A stretch of DNA of 64,000 nucleotides from Chiloscyllium plagiosum (Eukaryota): the NCBI RefSeq assembly GCF_004010195.1, contig NC_057749.1, forward strand, positions 2,086,800 through 2,150,799. The letters are read 5' to 3'. Positions within the stretch are counted from its first letter, which is position 1, and each line of letters begins with the position of its first letter. The notes under the pieces were generated by a model, which saw only the letters and a list, made by a program, of their open reading frames with translations, had not been told where the DNA came from and ran no database searches. This document shows, piece after piece, positions 23,712-35,712 of this stretch. The position numbers were made by a program, and so were the translations under genes.

Positions 23712-24032
23712 ATTCATGGGATGACGGCATCACTGGTTAGGCCAACATTCATTGCCCATCCCAGAGGGCGGTTAAGAGTCTACCACATTACTGTGGGTCC
23801 GGAGTCACATGTAACCCAGACCAGGTAAGGATGGCAGTTTCCTTCCCTAAAGGACATTGGTTAACTGGATAGGCTTTTTCAATAACAACTGATTGCATGG
23901 TCATCATTACATTCTTAATTCCAAGTTCTTATTGAATTCAAATTCCACCATCTGTCATGGTAGGATTCAAGTCAGTGTCCCCCAGAACATTATCTGGGTT
24001 TCTGGAGCAACAGTCCAGTTACAATACCATCA
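23712..24032 (-). mobile_element. Deu/SacSINE1-like SINE (other copies ~30200-30340, 42030-42325, 45838-46112)
   Basis: 'gtcaaccacattactgtggg..ggagtcacatgta..ccaggtaaggatggcagtttccttccctaaaggacatt' recurs across the window. Confidence 0.65.
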
Positions 24033-24956
24033 CCTCCCCGACTGCCCTCACCCCTATGATGCCCATCCTCCCAGGCTGCACCCGTGCTATCTCAGGCTCC
24101 AGTCAACACCTCACCCGAGCAGATACACATCTAAGCAGCAATCCTCTGAGTAAGGTGGCTCCCTTTTTGAGGGGCTGGGGGTGCTCAGTGTTAGACTGTG
24201 TGCGCAGGCACAGTTGTGTGCTCTTCACCAGAATGCTGTAGAATATCCAGTGAGAGAAATTAAAATGAATCAAAACAATTCAGAATGGAATAATGGGGCA
24301 GCCTGGTGACATTGGAATGTAACTGTTGTCTGTGAGATCTCCTCATATGCTCCAGTCCCACTTGAGGACCAGCCAGCTCCTCATGTGATACACTCCAGGC
24401 GTCAAATCAACTCAGTCACTCACGTGCAGATGGACAAGAACTGCGGGTTGTTATCCGAGATTACCCATCCAGCCGTGTGGTGGGGCACAGCTGCCTTGAA
24501 TGTCTGGCAGTGGGTTTGCACTTCAGCTCGAGCACTGGGAGGTGTCCATCTTGGCCCAGTCTCCCAGGGCCCAGTCTCCGAGGGCCCAGTCTCCCAGGTC
24601 AGTGGAGAACATTGTCCAGACCTAATTGTGGGGCTGGGTTGTACAGGGAGCAGAATTCCACAGCAAGCCAGATGGAGAGGCCGGGAAACAACCAGAAAAC
24701 TCAAGGGCGACCAGGGGCTGGCAATAATTGCTGGCCAGCCAGTAATGTCCGCATCCTGTGAGTGAATGAAATAAAAGTTATACTTGGAAACAGATGCACT
24801 GGTCAGTCTGGTGCTCTGTTTAGAGTATACAAAACAAATCGCTCATTCACAAATTTTCCTGGTTTTTGTAGTTGGGAGATCCCAGGGATGGATTGCGATC
24901 TGAAAGCTTGCTGGATGTATTGGGTGGGAGAGGTAATTGATTTCTCTCATTGGAAG

Positions 24957-25140
24957 GAATTCCAGCATCCTATCCTGACGAGTCTGCAGCGGCCAAACTT
25001 CCTCTGGAAACTCTCAAATGTTCACTTGTTGAATAAGTATCTTTATGCAGTGGGAGAGGGAAGGGATCGCCAAATTATAGAGCAAATTATTCAGCAATTC
25101 CAGGAAGAGAGAATTCCAAATCTCTGCATGTTTTGTCAAA
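24957..25140 (+). pseudogene. HYKK: HYKK pseudogene, third coding exon (still open)
   Basis: aag| acceptor and A|gtaagt donor; EFQHPILTSLQRPNFLWKLSNVHLLNKYLYAVGEGRDRQIIEQIIQQFQEE vs HYKK [50 protein letters not shown]. Confidence 0.88.
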
Positions 25141-25261
25141 GTAAGTGATCATCCCTCTTGGCCCAGAAACCTACAGAGGGTGGAACAGGTTTTGGCATAA
25201 GCCTTTAGAATTGGTGTTCTGTCTGCTATACAGCTGATTTGCTATTCAGAAAAAAACACAA

Positions 25262-27708
25262 TCATAGTCATAGAGATAAAGTAGCATGGAAACAGACCTT
25301 TTGGTCCAACTCATCAATGCCCACCCAGATATCCTAACCTAATCCAGTTCCATTTGCCAGCACTTGGCCCATATCCCTCTAAACCCTTCCTATTCATATA
25401 CCCATTCAGATGCCTTTTAAATATTGGAATTTTACCAGCCTCTATCACTTCCTCTGGCAGCTCATTCCATACACGCACCACCCTCTGTGTGAAAAAGTTG
25501 CCCCTTAGGTCCTTTTTAAATCTTTACCCTCTCACCCTAAACCTATGCTCTCTAGTTCTGGACTCCCCCCAACCCAAAGAAAATACCTTGTCTATTTGCC
25601 CTGTCCTTGCCCCTCATGATTTTATAAACCTCTGTAAGGTCACCCCTCAGTCTCAGAGGCTCCAGGGAGAACAGCCCCAGCCTGTTCAGCCTCTCCCTAT
25701 AGTTCAAACCCTCCAAACCTGGCAACGTCCTTGTAAATTCTTTCTGAAAACTTGGGCAAAAAGTGGCCTAACCAATGTCCTGCAACATGACCTCCCAACT
25801 CCTTTACTGCATACTCTGTCCAATGAAGGAGAGCATACCAAACACCGCCTTCACTATCCTATCTACCTGCGATTCCACTTTCAAGGATCTATGAACGTGC
25901 ACTCCCAGGTCTCTTTGTTCAGTAACACTCCCTAGGACCTTACTATTAAGTGCACAAGTCCTGCTCTGATTTGCCTTTCCAAAGTGCAGCAACTCACATT
26001 TATCTAAGTTAAACTCCATTTGCCACTCCTCAGCCCATTGGCCCATCTGATCAAGATCCCATTGTAATCTGAGGTAACCTTCCTCACTGTCCACTACACC
26101 TCCAATTTTGGTGCCACCTGCAAACTTACTAACTATACCTTCTATGTTCACATCGAAATCATTTATATAAATGGCGAAAAATAGTGGACCCAGCATAAGT
26201 CCTTGTGGCACTCCACTGGTCACAGGTTTCCAGTGTGAACAGCAACCCCCCACCACCACCCTCTGTCTTCTGCCTTCAAGCCACTTCTGTATCCAAATGG
26301 CTAGTTCTTCCAATATTCCATGAGATCTAACCTTGCTCACTGTCTCCCATGGGGAACCTTGTTGATCGCCTTACTGAAGTCCATCTAGATCACTTCCACC
26401 TCTCTGCCCTCATCAATCTTCTTCATTACTTCTTCAAAAAACTCAATCAAGGCATGAGGCATGATTTTCGATGCATAAAGCCATGTTGACTATCCCTAAT
26501 CAGTCCTTGCCTTTCCAAATACATGTACATTCTGTCCCTCAGGATTCCCTCCAACAACTTGCCCACCACCGACGTCAGGCTCACCGGTCTATAGTTCCCT
26601 GGCTTGTCCTTACCATCTTTTTTAAACAGTGGCACCAAGTTAGCCAACCACCAGTCTTCTGACACCTCACTTCGATGATACAAATATCCCAGCAAGGGGC
26701 CCAGCAATCACTTCCCTAGCTTTCCACAGAGTTCCTGGGGATTTATCCACCTTTATATGTTTTAAGACATCCCGCACTTCCTCCTTTGTAATATGGACAT
26801 TTTTCAAGATGTCACCATCTAATTTCCTACATTCTATATCTTCCATGTCCTTCTCCACAGTAAACACTGATGCAAAATACTTGTTTAGTATCCCCCCCCC
26901 CCCCCCACATCTCCTGCAGCTCCACACAAAGGCTGTCTTGCTGATCTTGGAGGAGCCTTATTCTCTCCCTAGTTACCCTTTTATCCTTAATGTATTTTTA
27001 AAGTCCCTTTGGATCCTCCTTAACCCTATTTGCCAAAGCAATCTCGTGTCTCCTTTTTGCCCTCCTGATTTCCCTCTTAAGTATACTCCTACTGTCCTTA
27101 TACTCTTCTAAGGATTCACTCAACCTCTGCGATCTATACCTGACATATGCTTCTTTCTTTTGCTTAACCAGAACCTCAATTTCACTAGTAATCCAGCACT
27201 CACTACACCTATCAGGCTTTCCTTTCATCCTAAATATATTGACTCTCGATTTCTTTATCTCATTTTCAAAGGCTTCCCATTTTCCAGCCATCCCTTTACT
27301 TTGAACATCTGCCCCTAATCAGCTTTTGAAAGTTCTTGCCTAATACCACCAAAATTAGCCTTCCTCCAATTTAGAACGTTAACCTTTTGATCCGATCTAT
27401 CCTTTTCCACTACTATTTTAAGACTAATTAAATTGTGGTCGCTTGCCCCAAAGTTCTCACCTGCCCTGCCTGATTTCCAAAGAGTAGATCAAGGTTTGCA
27501 CCTTCCCTAAGAGGCACATCTACAAACTGAATCAAAAGATTTTCTTGTACACACTAAACAAATTCCTCTCCGTCTAAACACTTAACACTATGGCAGTCCC
27601 AGTCAATGTTTGGAAAGTTTAAATCACCTACAATAACCACTCTATTATTCTAACAGATAAATGAGATCTCCTTACAAATTTGCTGCTCAATTTCCCTCTG
27701 ACTGTTGG
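25262..27708 (-). mobile_element. CR1 LINE ORF2, 5'-truncated and degenerate
   Basis: PGNYRPVSLTSVVGKLLE, SGVPQG..LGPL.F.IYIND, KFA..TK and WQMEFN motifs. Confidence 0.92.
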
Positions 27709-28538
27709 GTATTAGGTCAAGCTGGTGATAGGCCATCCCAGAGTGTATTGCTACCTCTCAAGATCTGAATCGTTTCCATGTGGGACTGACAGAAAAGCAG
27801 AAGAGAATCTCCACCACCTTCCAAACTATTTTTTTTTAAGTGTTTGTCCACTCTATTGGACGAACTATGAAATTTTTCCACAAATGACAATTGTGAGATT
27901 CACTGTACATTTTCAGTCTCAGACTGATGTACACGTATTATCTCAGTAAATAGAGAGAGAAGGGACATGGTGTAGGCTCTTCAGCTGGTTTATTATAGAC
28001 CCTTACCATTCCAATATCCCCAGCTAAAAACTCCGGGGAAGCCCATCAGCTTCTCAACAGATATCCCGTGGGGGTGGGAGCTGCATTGATTGCTTTAAGA
28101 TCTGACTGGTGTCCTTTTCTTAGGAGGTCCCTGCTTTAAGCGAGCTACAAATCAATCCAACTAGTCAGGAGCTGTGTAGCGACAGCAGCAAAGGTATGGG
28201 ATGGCGGGCACAGTTGGTATTACAGGCAATCCCTGACACTGAAGAATTGGCTAAGTTTGAGTCCAGGGGTCTCAGGGAGCAGGGTGAAGATGATGAGGGA
28301 CCAACCTTGAAATAGGGGTGCCTCTGATGGGCCACTCACCACTGTTTAATTGAAGGTCTCAGTAAGCACAAGGTAGGTGGACCACTCAATCCCACTCTGA
28401 TCATTCCTGATTTTCTTCACTTGAACAGGGACACCCACGCCTTCTCAGTCCTCAGCTTGGCACTTTCTCCACAAACATTTCCTCTACTAATTCTCCTCTT
28501 CTTGACAAAACCTGTGACCTATGACCGGGTGTCCCATT

Positions 28539-29021
28539 TGTGACAGTGCTGCTCCTTTAAGAAGGTTATGCTATCCTTGGCTTTTTTTTTTCAGAGCGGT
28601 CTTAAAAGCAGCAATTCCAAAATGTTTAGGTTTGAAGGGTTTTGGGGCCAGTTTGATCATAGCTAACAGGAAAAAAGGCTTTCAAGTTTAAAATAAAACC
28701 CTTGTGCAATGAAAGAGGAGTGGCCAGTTCTCCCAGCTCAGCTTTTTTCTGGTTTGGTTTTGGTCTGGCCATTCACTGAAAGCAGTCAAGTCAGTTGGGA
28801 AGCTGCTGGATCCATAGAAGCAGGTCCATGCTGATCCTCCTTTTGTGCCAAGGGGTGTTTATAGGGATTGTTGCAAGTATTTGGAACAGCATCTTTAAGT
28901 TGGGGTATTCTGTTGGGTTTTCAGGTTAAGTTATGGTGTTCTCTTTTGTTTGTGTTTTATTCGGTAATCTTGTAAATAAATTCTGTTTTGTTTAAAACTG
29001 TGATTGGGCCGGCTGGGTCAC
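28539..29021 (+). mobile_element. LTR fragment (same family as 60265-60889)
   Basis: Begins TGTGACAGTGCTGCTCCTTTAAGAAGGTTATG; AATAAA at ~28975; resembles the reverse complement of 60380-60420 and 60855-60889. Confidence 0.6.
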
Positions 29022-31054
29022 TATATGCTTTCCAGGTCCTGTATGGACAATTTAATCAGAATCAGACAGCAGCCAGACTGAGGAACATCATCTTCCCATT
29101 GAGCACAGTCATCCCTGGAGGAAAATATCCTTTAATCCCCTCCAATCTCTCCAGACACCTACATTTATCTCATTCAGGGATGTTCCACATCCCTGATTCA
29201 GTACGAGTGATTGTGTCTTCAACTGTCTGGAATGTCACTAATCTCCTCTCCCCCCCCCCCCCCCCCCAACAAGTCTTTTTGCCATCTATCTCACTTGCCC
29301 CCTGAAAACCCAGCCCTCTGTCCCAGCCACTGATGAGATACCCTAATATTACCCTAGCTAGGTCTTTATCCAGCTTTGGTTAATGATGATGCTGTGAAGT
29401 GTCTCGGGATATTTTACTACAAGCAGGGTGCTGAATGAATGCAAGTTCTCATTGTTGATTAAACTTAACTGTTCTTCTTGAGGTTTCCTTTCTGCCTTTG
29501 GAAAGAATGACTGTTTTCATTTTGCAAGGCTGTGGGGTAACCGGGATGGCCTGGAGTTTTGTGGGGTCATTTCCAGGTGATTGAGTTTAATTATACATGT
29601 TAGAGGAGGCCATCAATTGGGGTTGTGATTGTGTAGATATCAAGGGAAACACTGAAACTATAGTCTAGTTATGGGCTGGTTATGTTTGAAGGTATAAACT
29701 TATAATGTTTCACTCTGTAAGTAAGTGTAAGATTGAGTAAAGTGTTTTTACCCAAAATGTCGATTCTCTTGCTTCTTGGATGCTGCCTTTCTGGTAAGAT
29801 TGAATAAAGATTGGCTCCTGTACCAGCTTTCACCAACTGACATTCTGCAGTAAAACAGTGACTGACTGTCCCTCCCATGTGCTCCAACATGAGATGAGTT
29901 TTGATCATGTCAGTGATTCAAATTCCTGGAGGAGAAATCTGGAGACATTAATTAGTAATCCAGACAGTTGGAGTTCAAAGTCCACCACTGTATGTAACAA
30001 ATTTAAATTCAGATCCAGTCCCACTTCAACATGGTGAACTCAGCCATTGTTCTGAAGTAAACCATTTGGATGGTCATTCAATCCCTGCTGCGGCATGTGA
30101 ATGAATAACAAAAACTATCATAACCCTTTTTTTTCATTGATTTCTCTTGTTTTGCCAAATTCTCTGATACATTTACAGCTCACATTGGTAACATTGTGTA
30201 TTTCTCAGAATGTGGGTGGGCATTGCTAAACTGAATGGCTTGATTGGCTATTTTTGAGGGGAATTAAGAATCAACCATGTTGCTGTGGGTCTGGAGTCAC
30301 ATGTAGGGTAGACCAGGCAAGGATGGCAGGTTTCCTTAGAGCACAGGACATAGATGTCGTGCTGAACATGATGCCAAATTAAACTTCTGCCTGCTCATGG
30401 TCCAAATCGCTCCATTCCTTGCATATTCATGTGCTTATCTAAAAAAGCTCCTTAAATGCCACTTTCATATCTGCCTCCACCACTACAGGGCATTCCAGAC
30501 TCCTACTACTCTCTGTATAAAAAAACTTGCCCCTCACATCTCTTCTAAACTTTACCCCTCTCACCCTCAATGCAAGCTCCCTAAAGTATACTTGTTTCAA
30601 AAATCTGATTCACAAACGATCATTGGATAAACATATAGATGAAAATGGAATGGTGTAGGTTAGATGGGCTTCAGATTGGTTCCACAGGTTGGTGCAACAT
30701 CGAGGGCCTGTACTACGCTGTAATGTTCTTTGTCCTATAGTCACAATTACTGAGAGGTAACTTTTACATTTATTAATCAAATGTAAACTCCACCACATAT
30801 CATGATGGGATTTGAACCTTTGTAATAGTGGTCAACATGAGTTGTCAATATTCAATTTAACCATTTGACTTTTAATCCCGAAAACCTTTCATAAACTAAA
30901 AATAGTTTTAAAAATGACACCTACTGACCTATAATCACCTAACTAAAAAAGAATCGAACTCAGAAAATGCTAGAAAAACTCAGCTGGTCTGGCAGCACCT
31001 GTGAAGATGAAACAGAGTTAATGTTCTGAATCCGGTATGACTCCTTCAGAATCT

Positions 31055-31222
31055 GTGATGTGGAGGTGCGGGGGTTGGACTGGGTGGACAAAGTTAAAAA
31101 TCACACAACACCAGGTTATAAACCAACAGGTTTGTTTGGAAGCACTAGCTTTCAGAGCGCTGCTAGTCCTGACTAGCTACCTAATGAAGGAGCAGTGCTC
31201 CGAAAGCTAGCAGTTCCAAATG
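31055..31222. mobile_element. Penelope pLTR remnant with hairpin and hammerhead-like motif
   Basis: Same family as 17549-17881; ctaatga-aggagcagtgctcc-gaaagcta at ~31181-31209. Confidence 0.7.
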
Positions 31223-31339
31223 AATCTCCTTCCGAACCGAAAAGAACTAACAAACTTGAACAAGAACTAAGCAATAATCCGTCGAGGCTGAAATTAACAT
31301 GTCTATAAAAGAGAACTGAAACTCAGACTCAGCTGATAC

Positions 31340-31682
31340 ATACATTACATTATACATTACATTACATTTTTTACATTACATTTACATTACAGTGTGGAAA
31401 CAGGCCCTTCGGCCCAAAAAGTCCACACCGCCCGCCGAAGCGAAACCCACCCATACCCCTACATTTACCCCTTACCTAACACTGCGGGCAATTTAGCATG
31501 GCCAATTCACCTGACCTGCACATCTTTGGACTGTGGGAGGAACCGGAGCACCCGGAGGAAACCCACGCAGACACGGGGAGAATGTGCAAACTCCACACAG
31601 TCAGTCGCCTGAGGCGGGAATTGAACCCAAGTCTCCGGCGCTGTGAGGTAGCAGTGCTAACCACTGTGCCACTGTGCCGCCC
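31340..31682 (-). mobile_element. HE1/V-SINE-type SINE with (TGTAA)n tail
   Basis: Full head, V-domain and ttaca microsatellite at 31340-31391. Confidence 0.9.
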
Positions 31683-32182
31683 ACAATTTCCTTTCTGGAA
31701 ATTACCCATTGAGGTGAAAGGTTGTCTGCAGAGTAAAACAATGGGCAGACTTTGTATGGACCTTCATCACCAGCTGTTTCTGAGGAACAAAGAAAGAATG
31801 GATTGGCAATCAAGAACTGGAAGGTACTGTCTGTCAACCTGCCTGTTTCGTTCTTAACTTCAAAAGTCAGTGCCAGTGAAAAACCGCCACGCAATCAAGG
31901 TCATCGGAACCTTCACTGCTTCTGAGGAAACAGGACAACAGCTACTTTTGGGACTCATGTTTCAATCTTACAATTCAAAGACTCTAGAAATTTTTAAACT
32001 ACAACTGCCTGTTGGTATAGATATATTTCCCTTCTTTTTTGTGAACCTGACCAAAGAATGAAAGCACTCATCTTTCTACTGTCACAATTATAACTTTACA
32101 CCACGCAAAGTGCATCTGGGTAGCAGAACAGAGTGTAGAATACAGTATTACAGTCACAGTGAAAGTGCAGAGAGAAATAACA

Positions 32183-32478
32183 TAGAATCATAGATTTCCT
32201 ACAATGTGGAAACAACAATTCAGCCCATTGAGTCCAAACCAACCCTCCGAACAGCATTCCACCAGATCTCTCCCACCCTCCATTCCTGTAACCTTGCATT
32301 TCACATGGCCAGTCCCACCCTGACCTGCACATCTTTGGACTGTGGGAGGAAACCGGAGCACCCGGAGAAAACCCAGGCAGACACGGGGAGAACGTGCAAA
32401 CTCCACACAGTCAGTAACCCGAGGCTGGAAGCAAACTCGGGTCCCTGGCGCTGTGAGGCAGCAGTGCTCACCACTGAG
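32183..32478 (-). mobile_element. HE1/V-SINE-type SINE
   Basis: Same consensus as other copies. Confidence 0.85.
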
Positions 32479-33084
32479 AGGTCACTAACATTTGAGAAGT
32501 CCATTCAAAGGTCTGATAACAGCAGGGAAGGAGTTGTTCTTGAATCTATCTGTAAGAGTATTCAAACTTTTATGTCTTGTGTTTGTGTGTGTGTGTGGGA
32601 GAAGTATAGCCATGGTAGGAGGGGTCTTTCATTATAGACCTGCCTCTGGGCTCTTTGGAGAATTCACCCCAATCTTTGGGGTTGGATTTTAAACTGCTCC
32701 CCCCCCCCCATGAAATCTGTGACTTTTAAAATCCATGGCTTTGCTCTATCTATCTGCTTTCCTTTGGCCTGTTTCCTATTTAATAGGTTGGATGAGATTG
32801 TACAAAAACAGTACACACAGGTGAATGCAGCAAGGCAGTCACTGTCAGAAAAACTGAATAATTCCCTCAGAGAAGGAGGCCTTTTGGGCCAGAAACTGCT
32901 GGACCATTCCAAACCCTCGCGCTTTCACTGCCCTGATATTTCTCCTTGAGTGCAATGACCCTGCAGGTCACGGGAGGGAGAAAAAGCACACTAACCTTTT
33001 CATTCCAACTTGACTTTCTTTTTTTATATCAGAAGGACTCAAAACTTCAACAGTCGCCAACAACCAGCTTGGAGCCTGTGGAGG

Positions 33085-33641
33085 GAGGAGTCCTCCCCTC
33101 CGCCGGGTGGCGCTGTGACCCCCAGCTCCAGTTGTCGGTACGAGGAGTCCTCCCCTCCGCCGGGTGGCGCTGTGACCCCCAGCTCCAGTTGTCGGTACGA
33201 GGAGTCCTCCCCTCCGCCGGGTGGCGCTGTGACCCCCAGCTCCAGTTGTCGGTACGAGGAGTCCTCCCCTCCGCCGGGTGGCGCTGTGACCCCCAGCTCC
33301 AGTTGTCGGTACGAGGAGTCCTCCTCTCCGCCGGGTGGCGCTGTGACCCCCAGCTCCAGTTGTCGGTACGAGGAGTCCTCCCCTCCGCCGGGTGGCTCTG
33401 TGACCCCAGATGCAGTTCTATGAGGGAGAAGTCCTCCCCTCCGCCCGGTGGCGCTGTGACCCCAGATGCAGTTCTATGTGGGCGGAGTCCTCCCCGGCGC
33501 CGGATGGCGCTGTGACCCCCGTCTCCAGCCGTCGGTGTGAGGAGTCCTCCCCGCCGCCGGGTGGCGCTGTGACCCCAGCTCCAGCCGTCGGTGTGAGGAG
33601 TCCTCCCCGCCGCCGGGTGGCGCTGTGACCCCCGTCTCCAG
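33085..33641. repeat. 57-bp GC-rich tandem array, ~10 units
   Basis: Unit gaggagtcctcccctccgccgggtggcgctgtgacccccagctccagttgtcggtac starts at 33085, 33142, 33199, 33256, 33313 and 33370, then four diverged units. Confidence 0.95.
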
Positions 33642-34150
33642 CAAGGCGGCCGCTCTTGGGTCTCATCGCTAGGTGCGGAGCCGGGGAGCGGGAGTAAGTG
33701 AGTAAGTGGGGTGGGGGGTGAAGAGACCCCAGCCCGGTTCTGGGAGCGGTGGTATTGGGCCTGGGCTGTCCCGGACACGGCCTTTCCCCACAAAGCCCCT
33801 CTCGGTGCGGCGTGGTGGGGCACGGGCTCGCGCCGCGGTGAAGTTGCTGCTTCATCCCCGGGATGGGGAGGTGAGGGCCCGAGGCTGGGGCCTGTGTCAG
33901 TGGGGGACAAACCCTGCTGGGCCACGGGAGACAGCGGCTCGGCCTGGGCCTGGGCCTGGGCCTGGGGGTGATGAAGGGCCAGGCCCCTGGGGGAGGGCGG
34001 CGGTGGTGCCCCGGCCCCGGCCCCGGCGGAGGGATCCCCGAGTCACTGCGAGTCGGTTCGGTTTCGGTTTCGGTTTGTGGAGCCGCGGGCAGTCGGAGGC
34101 CGGTCCCAGGGAATGAGGCCCCCGGCTTGGGGCTGGAGGGCGGGATGTCG
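33600..34150 (+). promoter_or_regulatory. PSMA4: CpG island, probable PSMA4 promoter and non-coding first exon (donor near 33694)
   Basis: Very GC- and CpG-rich; 'gcggga|gtaagtgagt' donor sites; only CpG island upstream of the PSMA4 ATG exon; vertebrate PSMA4 has a non-coding exon 1. Confidence 0.7.
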
Positions 34151-34480
34151 GTTGTTTGTTAAAGGCCGTGGTACCGTCAAACAAATGCGGCTGCTGGAAA
34201 TCTGCAGCAAATAACAAAAAGAAATTGCTGGAGAAACTCAGCGATTCTTGTTCGGCAGCGGTTTCCAGGGATACATAGAAATGTGGGCTTCGGGAAATAA
34301 AACAGAACACTACAGCAGGCCATTCGGCCCACCATGTCTGTGCCAGCAATGATGCCATTCTAAATTAATCACATCTATCTGCACGTGATGATCCTTCCCA
34401 AAACACAGGGATTAACTGAAAACTGCCTGTCTGTCCTTGATTGTTGTACATAACCTTTGTTGGAAAAGTTGCGTGCTGGT

Positions 34481-34599
34481 GGGCGGCACAGTGGTTAGCA
34501 CTGCTGCCTCACAGCGCCAGCTTCGGCGGGGGCGGTGTGGACTTGTTGGGCCGAAGGGCCTGTTTCCACACTGTAAGTAATCTAATCTAATCTAATCTA
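34481..34599 (+). mobile_element. internally deleted HE1-type SINE with (CTAAT)n tail
   Basis: SINE head joined directly to the 3' tail. Confidence 0.75.
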
Positions 34600-34736
34600 A
34601 CTCCGGGTGAAAGGGTCATGAATCTGTGAACCATCATTCTCTTGCCTTCAAACACTAATGACAATCTGAGAGGTGACCAAGAGGAGCTGGTGTCATTTAT
34701 ACAAAACAGGGAAGAATGTAAAGTCGTGGTAAAGTC

Positions 34737-35712
34737 CATAGAGTAGTACAGCACGGAAACGGACCCTTTGGTCCAACTCATCCATGCTGACCGGATATTC
34801 TAAATTAATCTAGTCCTATTTGCCAGCACTTGGCCCATGTCTCTCTAAACCCTTCCTTTCATATATGCCTTTTAAATGTTGTAATTGCACCAGCCTCCAC
34901 TACTTCCTCTGGCAGCTCGTTCCATACACGGAACATCCTCAATGTGAAAAAGTTGCCCCTTGGACCCCTTTTATGTCTTTTTCCCCTCTCACCCTAAACC
35001 TTTGCCTTCTGGTGCTGGGCACCTCCACCCCAGGCAAAAGACCTTGTCTATTCCTCTATCCATGCCCCTTTTATTAACCTCTGTGAGGTCACTCCTCAGT
35101 CTTTGACACTCCAGGGAAAATAGCCCCAGCCTATTCAGCCCCTCTCTGTTGCTCATATCCTCCAACTCTGCCAACGTGCTTATAAATCTTTTCTGAACCC
35201 TTACATGTTTCACAACATCCTTCCTGTAAGAGGGAGACCAGAATTGCACACGATATTCCAAAAGTGGCCCAACCAATGTCCTGTACAGTCGCAACATGAC
35301 TTCCCAACTCCTGTACTTAATGCACTGGCCCAACAAAGGCAGACATACACAATGTCGTCTTCATTACTCAGATTACCTGCAATTCCATTTCCATGGAACC
35401 TGCACCCCAAGGTCTCTGTTCACCAAACTTGATCAAGGCCCCTTTGTACTCTGAAATAACCTTCTTCACCGTCCACTACACAGCCAATTTTGGTGTCATC
35501 TGCAAACTATTACTAACCATTCCTCTGATATTCACATCCAAATCACTTATATAAGTGACAAAACACAGTGGACCCAGCACCGATCCTTGTGGCACACAGC
35601 TGGTCATAGGCCTCTAGTCCAAAGAAAAACTCTACACCCTTGGTCTCCTACCTTCAAGCCAAGTTTGCATCCCAAATGGCTAGCTCTCCCTGGATCCCAC
35701 TTGATCTAAACA
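34737..35712 (-). mobile_element. CR1 LINE 3' fragment
   Basis: YRSWEVMLRLYRTLV.PLLEY.VQFWSP motif. Confidence 0.88.

Noticed and set aside
33085-33641. CRISPR-like array or protein-coding repeat (ORFs 32946-33515, 33047-33925)
   Set aside because: Head-to-tail units without unique spacers in a vertebrate context; the ORFs arise because the 57-bp unit is a multiple of 3 and GC-rich
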